Assembly (NCBI GenBank): GCA_016871515.1
Contig: VHDE01000005.1
Coordinates: 21,191 to 85,190, forward strand
Reading direction: 5' to 3'
Source: Verrucomicrobiota bacterium
Lineage (GTDB): Bacteria > Verrucomicrobiota > Verrucomicrobiia > Limisphaerales > SIBE01
Length of the DNA: 64,000 nucleotides
In this document: piece after piece, positions 59,070 through 64,000 of the stretch
How the letters are laid out: each line of letters begins with the position of its first letter
Position numbering within the stretch: position 1 is the first letter of the stretch
Notes under the pieces: model-generated
The model's input: only the letters and a program-made list of their open reading frames with translations
What the model was told of the DNA's origin: nothing
Databases searched by the model: none
Position numbers and translations under genes: made by a program

Positions 59070-59197
59070 ATGCAGCAATTCTCACTATGCTCACTAAAGG
59101 AGCGCGGACCGCCGAGTCCGCGCGTTTTGTGTTTATCTCGATGGTTCCTCTCGCGGACTCGTCGGTCCGCGCTCCTTTAGAGTAAGAATTGCTGCAT
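59070..59197. repeat. Long imperfect palindrome (about 128 bp), family G, in the divergent control region
   Basis: The left arm is atgcagcaattctcactatgctcactaaaggagcgcggaccgccgagtccgcg (59070-59122). The right arm is cgcggactcgtcggtccgcgctcctttagagtaagaattgctgcat (59152-59197). They are reverse complements apart from one internal indel and one mismatch. Confidence 0.8.
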
Positions 59198-59315
59198 GAC
59201 ACCCTATTCATTCCGACCATTCCGAGGCCATGCGGCTTTTTTCTTGAGCCAAGCACTTGGGGTCGATAGGTTCGCGCGACGAACAGCGTTAAATGTCCTC
59301 GTTGCCCCAGATTCT

Positions 59316-62300
59316 ATGACCAGTCGATATATTTCAATATTGGCGATTTCTGTTTTGCTTGCAGGGCACACCAAAGCTCAGGACATCCCTGTCGCAAAGG
59401 GCTATCGCCGACCGTCGCCAGCGGAAAAGGAGTGGCGGGACAAGAATCTCCCAGCGGCCAAGAGCGTGCGCCCGAATTCACTGGCAGTCCAACGCATTAA
59501 CGCGCATCGGAAGACTCAAGGCTTGCCCGCTCTCGACTTGCCGACCTCAGTCCTGGGCGATGAGTTCGTGCAGGAAGGAGCAATTAGCTTGGCTTCGGCT
59601 AATCCAGGCGCGTTTACGGGAAGATTACCGCCAGCGGTGGATAACAGCCTGCTGCCGTCGTTTCCGCCGGTTCGCACCCAGGGCAATATGGGATCGTGCG
59701 TCTCCTTTGCCACGACTTATTATGTGGCGACGCACATGTTGGGTCTGGCTCGCGGATGGAACAATAGGAACGATGACAATACTCTCAAGCTCTCGCCGAA
59801 ATGGACTTATTCGCTGGCCAACGACGGAGAAGACAACGGGTCTACTTTTGAGGAAACCATCGCGATCTTGCTCAAACACGGAGCTGCCACCTGGTCGGAT
59901 TTCCCTTACGTAGGAGACACCGGCGTTCCGAAGAACTACCGGGAGTGGAGCCGAGACGCGGCTGTTTGGCGCAAGGCAGTCAACCATCGCATAGCAGAGA
60001 GCGGAACGATTCGCGAGATTCACACGGCGGCAGGTCTCTCGAAGCTGAAAGCGACCTTGGCGAATGGATACGCCGTGCTTTTCGCGTCCGACATCGACGG
60101 ATGGACCTACCTGGCTGCAAAGGACGATTCCGCTACCGCTGAGGACGACAAATTCGCCGGGCGGAGGGTTTGCGTCGCGGTAAAGCCCGTGGCGGAGGGT
60201 GGGCACGCTATGACTGTTGTGGGTTACAACGACAATCTCTGGGTGGATTTGAATAAGAATGGCGCCGTCGATTCAGGCGAAAAAGGCGCTTTGCGAATCT
60301 GCAATTCCTGGGGCACAAGGTGGAAGCCGGGCGGCGCTGATCCAGCCGATGACGGATTCACCTGGATCGCCTATGACGCGATACGCCCATTGTCCGCCGT
60401 GTCTGGAGTGGATAACACGGGACGCGCTCCGGGCAAGCTGGATGCGACCCGGACGCCGTTCTTCGACAACGAGGTGTACTACCTGGTGGCACGACCGAGT
60501 TACACGCCGAAGTTGCTCGCGCAATTCACGCTCACACATTCTGCGCGAGAGCAGCTGAAAGTCTCGCTCGGCGCATCCGCTGCCAACGCCACCGCTCCGA
60601 CGAAAACATGGGATCCCGAAGCGTTGAAAAATCAGGGTGGAAGTTTTGCGCTTGACGGCAATGAAACCCCAATTGAGTCGACGTTTGTGTTTGATTTGTC
60701 CGACATCGCGACCACGGGCGCTTTCCGTTATTACCTTTCGATCTCCGATAACAAAGCGGGCAGCGAAGCGAGGCTAACCGACTTCCGCCTCGTGGACATG
60801 GCTGGACAAACGCTCGGCGTGGCCACTTCCGGTGTGCCTGGCGCCGCCGATAATTCAACCGTGCGCGTCAATCTGAACTACACGCTGAACGCACTGACTG
60901 TCACGAGCGTCGCGTCGGTCAACGGCATGGTCGGGACGCCATTAAATTACAATGTCACTGCGACAGGGAATCCTGCCAGCTTCGCGGCGAGCGGGCTGCC
61001 GCCCGGCCTTTCCATTAATCCGTCGACCGGACAAATCTCTGGAGCCCCGACTGCGGCCGGCGCCTTTGTAGCAAGTCTGGGTGTCAGCGGCGCCACGGGA
61101 ACTGGGGGTGGAGCGGTCACGTTTACGATTGCGCGCGCGCTGCTTGACGCGCCGGTAATCACCGGCGCCACGACAGCTGCCGGGACCGTCGGCCAGGCCT
61201 TCACGTACTCGATCACCGCGTCTGGCAATCCTAACGGTTATAACGCCGTTGGCCTTCCCTCGGGGTTGTCCATCGACTCCAGTAAAGGCGTTATTTCCGG
61301 CGTCCCGACGACGGCGGGATCGTTTGTCGTCCAATTGAGCGCCAGCAATGCAGGAGGCCCAGGAACGCGCGCTTTGACCATCACGATCAGCCCGCCTCCG
61401 CTGACAGCGCCATCTATTACGAGTGCAACTTCTGTCAGTGCCCGATCCGGCAGTCCCTTCACCTATCGCATCATCGCCAACAATAACCCTGCGAACTACG
61501 GGGCCGCTGGGTTGCCGCCCGAACTGACGCTCGATGCGAAGACGGGACTTATCACGGGAACGCCCGCAGTCGCCCGGCAGTACACAATTACGCTCAGTGC
61601 CAGCAATGCTTTCGGAACAGGATTCACCGAACTTAGTTTGATGGTTGTGGGCGAAAGCAGCTTTGGACCGCCCAACAATAGTTTCGCCAATCGCAGCCCC
61701 CTCGTGGGCGCAACCTCGACACTCAACGGCAACAACGGCAATGCGACGGCAGAAACGGGCGAACCTCATCACGCCGGTTTTCCGGCGACTGGTTCGCTTT
61801 GGTGGACCTGGACTGCCCCATTCTCGGGCAACGTTACGATCAGCACAGTCGGCAGCAAGTTGGACACGGTCCTTGCGGTTTATTCAGGCGCAGATCTTCA
61901 AGCCCTAACACCAGTGGCCAGTGATGATCAAAGCGGCGGCAACGGCGCCAGTTTGGTTCGCTTTGATGCCAACGCGCGAACGGCTTACCAGATTGCTGTG
62001 GACGGGCGCAACGGAGCGACCGGCGATATTACCCTGAACCTGCAACTCGCGGGCACAGGGGCGGCGCCCTCAAATGACATCTTCACGAACCGCGTTGTCC
62101 TCACTGGCACGAACATCACAGTCATCAGCCATAATCTGGAAGCAACGGCCCAGACCGGTGAACCAAGGCATGCAGGCAATCCTCCGGCCAAGTCTGTCTG
62201 GTGGTCCTGGACCGCGCCTTCAGCCGGACGAGTTTCGATTAGCACTCAGGGAAGCGATTTCGACACGGTCCTGGCGGTTTATTCGGGCGCAGCCCTGACC

Positions 62301-64000
62301 TCTCTTGTTGAAGTCGCCAGCGACGACCAAAGCGGTATTAACAACACGAGCAAACTGGCCTTCAACAGTGCCGCGGGTGTCACTTACCACATCGCCGTCG
62401 ATGGCTTCAGCGAAGCAACGGGCAATATTAGGCTGAGCCTTGCTGTCGGGGCTGCCATCAGCTTGCCGGCCAATGATAATTTTGCTCAAAGCGCTGCGTT
62501 GACCGGGCGCAGCGTCACGATCAACGGATCGAACGAAAACGCCACGGCTGAAGCAAGCGAACCGGCCCATACCGGGCTGCGAGCTCAATCTTCCGTTTGG
62601 TGGAAATGGACGGCCCCGGATACGGGAGGAGTGACCGTGGATACAGCGGGGAGCGATTTCGACACCTTGCTTGGAGTTTATACGGGCCGGAGCCTTAGCG
62701 AACTGGTGGCTGTCGCGAGCAACGACGACGACGGCGCTCTTTTCACAAGTCGAACGAGCTTTTCTGCCACCAGAAACGTCGTCTATTACATCGCCGTCGA
62801 TGGTTTTGAAAGCGCTGTCAAAAGGGGCGTGGGCAAGATCGTGCTGCACATCGACCTTCCAGCGGGCGGCCCAAGCAACGATCATTTTACTAACCGCATT
62901 AAACTAACCGGCGCGAATCCGTCGAGCGCCGGTTCCAACGCCAACGCCACCGCGGAGGCAGGTGAACCAAAACACAATAAGCAAACCGCGACGAAGTCGG
63001 TCTGGTGGAGTTGGACCGCGCCCGCGACAGGCCAGATGGAATTTACGACCTCAGGTTCCAACTTCGATACGCTGTTGGCCGTCTATACAGGAAGCACACT
63101 AGCCCAATTGGCAACTTTGGTCAGCAACGATGAAGATCGTTCTGAATTTACCAGCCGCGTCGCATTCTGGGCCGTCTTCGGCACAACCTACCAAATCGCG
63201 GTTGATGGCTATTCCGGCGCGCTGGGCGACGTCCGCCTCAACGGACGCCTGACTGAGTCTGGAGAGATCCTTTACGCGACGGATTTCGAGACATTCGACG
63301 ATGGGCCCGGCGAAGTGGTTGGAACCGACGGCTGGCGAGGCGTGCGCCTGAGCAGCGAGGTTCAAGGCATCATTGATGCTCTGGGCGGATCGGGCCACGC
63401 CGCCTACATCGGACTTTTATCCCCCACCAACCGTTCCGGTGTCATCTTTCGGCCATTAAACTTTGATCCGATTGCGCAAGGACGGCCGATTGTGAGCTTT
63501 TCCGTGGACTTGGGAATCTTCGACTCGACTAACGACCGGTACGATCTCTTTGCCGTCAGTCTTTACAACCAAGCCGGACAGTACCTGGCTGGTATTTGGT
63601 TCAATAATTCCGATTTGACGATCTTTGGCGCCAATGGAACAACGGCCCGGTTCACAACACCGTTGACGTTTGAAACCGAAGTCATGGTTCGATTGGACGC
63701 GACCATCAATTTCTTAGCCAATACGTGGTCGGCATCCAGGGGAGGTGTTCCGCTCTTTGAAAACAAGCCTTTTAACGTCGATGCCCGCGCCTTGGATCTG
63801 GCGTATATCACTTTTGACTGGTACGTCAGCGATGCCGCTCTTGCCAATGCAGGCGATAATTTCATGCTCATCGACAACTTCTCGGTCGCAGCGAGCGCCG
63901 CCTTCAAAGCGCCGGCCATCGTGCTTCCGCCAGAAAGCCAAACCGCTCAGAGCGGGGATATCGTCTTGTTTACCGTTTCGGCGACTGGGGGACTTCCGCT
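59316..64000 (+). CDS. Giant exported multidomain protein: papain-like C1 cysteine peptidase, three He_PIG-type Ig repeats, four GEPxH/WWxW beta-sandwich modules, a lectin-like domain, an Ig domain (3' end beyond window)
   Basis: Absent from the ORF track because there is no stop in the window. I translated frame 0 by hand from the ATG at 59316 to about 61080 with no stop, and read the rest in the same frame through to the window end. Signal peptide MTSRYISILAISVLLAGHTKAQ. Catalytic motifs QGNMGSCVSF (Cys codon 59697-59699), GGHAMTVVGYND (His 60204-60206) and ICNSWG (Asn 60303-60305). Ig repeats carry GLPPGLSINPSTGQISGAPTAAG. The repeated modules follow ATAE.GEP.HAG....SVWW.WTAP..G.V.I.T.GS.FDT.LAVY.G. 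Confidence 0.85.
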   Translation, partial: MTSRYISILAISVLLAGHTKAQDIPVAKGYRRPSPAEKEWRDKNLPAAKSVRPNSLAVQRINAHRKTQGLPALDLPTSVLGDEFVQEGAISLASANPGAFTGRLPPAVDNSLLPSFPPVRTQGNMGSCVSFATTYYVATHMLGLARGWNNRNDDNTLKLSPKWTYSLANDGEDNGSTFEETIAILLKHGAATWSDFPYVGDTGVPKNYREWSRDAAVWRKAVNHRIAESGTIREIHTAAGLSKLKATLANGYAVLFASDIDGWTYLAAKDDSATAEDDKFAGRRVCVAVKPVAEGGHAMTVVGYNDNLWVDLNKNGAVDSGEKGALRICNSWGTRWKPGGADPADDGFTWIAYDAIRPLSAVSGVDNTGRAPGKLDATRTPFFDNEVYYLVARPSYTPKLLAQFTLTHSAREQLKVSLGASAANATAPTKTWDPEALKNQGGSFALDGNETPIESTFVFDLSDIATTGAFRYYLSISDNKAGSEARLTDFRLVDMAGQTLGVATSGVPGAADNSTVRVNLNYTLNALTVTSVASVNGMVGTPLNYNVTATGNPASFAASGLPPGLSINPSTGQISGAPTAAGAFVASLGVSGATGTGGGAVTFTIARALLDAPVITGATTAAGTVGQAFTYSITASGNPNGYNAVGLPSGLSIDSSKGVISGVPTTAGSFVVQLSASNAGGPGTRALTITISPPPLTAPSITSATSVSARSGSPFTYRIIANNNPANYGAAGLPPELTLDAKTGLITGTPAVARQYTITLSASNAFGTGFTELSLMVVGESSFGPPNNSFANRSPLVGATSTLNGNNGNATAETGEPHHAGFPATGSLWWTWTAPFSGNVTISTVGSKLDTVLAVYSGADLQALTPVASDDQSGGNGASLVRFDANARTAYQIAVDGRNGATGDITLNLQLAGTGAAPSNDIFTNRVVLTGTNITVISHNLEATAQTGEPRHAGNPPAKSVWWSWTAPSAGRVSISTQGSDFDTVLAVYSGAALTSLVEVASDDQSGINNTSKLAFNSAAGVTYHIAVDGFSEATGNIRLSLAVGAAISLPANDNFAQSAALTGRSVTINGSNENATAEASEPAHTGLRAQSSVWWKWTAPDTGGVTVDTAGSDFDTLLGVYTGRSLSELVAVASNDDDGALFTSRTSFSATRNVVYYIAVDGFESAVKRGVGKIVLHIDLPAGGPSNDHFTNRIKLTGANPSSAGSNANATAEAGEPKHNKQTATKSVWWSWTAPATGQMEFTTSGSNFDTLLAVYTGSTLAQLATLVSNDEDRSEFTSRVAFWAVFGTTYQIAVDGYSGALGDVRLNGRLTESGEILYATDFETFDDGPGEVVGTDGWRGVRLSSEVQGIIDALGGSGHAAYIGLLSPTNRSGVIFRPLNFDPIAQGRPIVSFSVDLGIFDSTNDRYDLFAVSLYNQAGQYLAGIWFNNSDLTIFGANGTTARFTTPLTFETEVMVRLDATINFLANTWSASRGGVPLFENKPFNVDARALDLAYITFDWYVSDAALANAGDNFMLIDNFSVAASAAFKAPAIVLPPESQTAQSGDIVLFTVSATGGLP
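61653..63255 (+). repeat. Four tandem coding modules of about 400 bp (GEPxH...WWxWTAP...FDTxLAVYxG...DD...YxIAVDG)
   Basis: Module starts lie near 61653, 62061, 62457 and 62866. Each begins with (P/A)(N/S)(N/D)xF(A/T) and contains the motifs listed. They are diverged at the DNA level. Confidence 0.75.

Noticed and set aside
60942-61772. 276-aa Arg/Gly-rich minus-strand ORF, plus neighbours 61238-61462, 61496-61741, 62220-62885, 63099-63398 and 63563-63919
   Set aside because: They lie antisense to the continuous plus-strand giant ORF, which has clear peptidase, Ig and repeat-module motifs. Their composition is typical of shadow ORFs in GC-rich coding DNA.

Overview
This window is from a moderately GC-rich bacterial chromosome. 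Its gene content points to the PVC superphylum, most likely Verrucomicrobiota; this is inference only, with no search run. The supporting content is prepilin-type DUF1559-like proteins, a PSCyt/DUF1592 protein, FG-GAP/ASPIC proteins, a CotH plus lamin-tail protein, and many nested intergenic palindromes. (1) 1-16.4 kb is a flagellar locus. It holds a tightly coupled 12-gene minus-strand operon, flgB-flgC-fliE-fliF-fliG-fliH-fliI-fliJ-(ylxF-like)-fliK-flgD-flgE, in the Bacillus fla/che order. A textbook sigma-54 -24/-12 element sits about 25 nt upstream of flgB. Divergent from the operon is a Sel1-repeat protein fused to a trypsin-like domain that appears to lack its catalytic His and Ser. After that comes a fliA-motA-motB-orf140 unit. 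(2) 16.4-23.1 kb is housekeeping: eno, an Uma2 nuclease and hom-thrC-lysC. (3) 23.1-47.2 kb is a decayed patchwork. It contains a transposase remnant, two orphan fragments of an FtsX/ADOP-type permease on opposite strands, and a Roadblock/LC7 protein. It also contains two pseudopilin-like genes (one with an in-frame TAA) and a phosphate module (half-PhoU, two tandem DUF47 paralogues, Pit). The rest is GH140-like, CotH-LTD, PSCyt/DUF1592, a 5'-truncated and frameshifted Ser/Thr kinase, a ParE-type TA pair, a HEAT protein and a GNAT. (4) 47.2-64 kb encodes very large exported proteins. These are two FG-GAP/ASPIC proteins plus a ceramidase-like hydrolase in one operon, and a 1348-aa protein of five lectin-like modules. 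Divergent from that is an open-ended ORF of more than 1560 aa that is absent from the supplied ORF track; it carries papain-like C1 peptidase, Ig-like and repeated beta-sandwich modules. At least nine sequence families of REPIN-like inverted hairpin doublets fill the intergenic spaces, including one inside the flagellar operon. I found no rRNA, tRNA, CRISPR array or intact mobile element. All family assignments come from reading motifs by eye and need HMM or BLAST confirmation.
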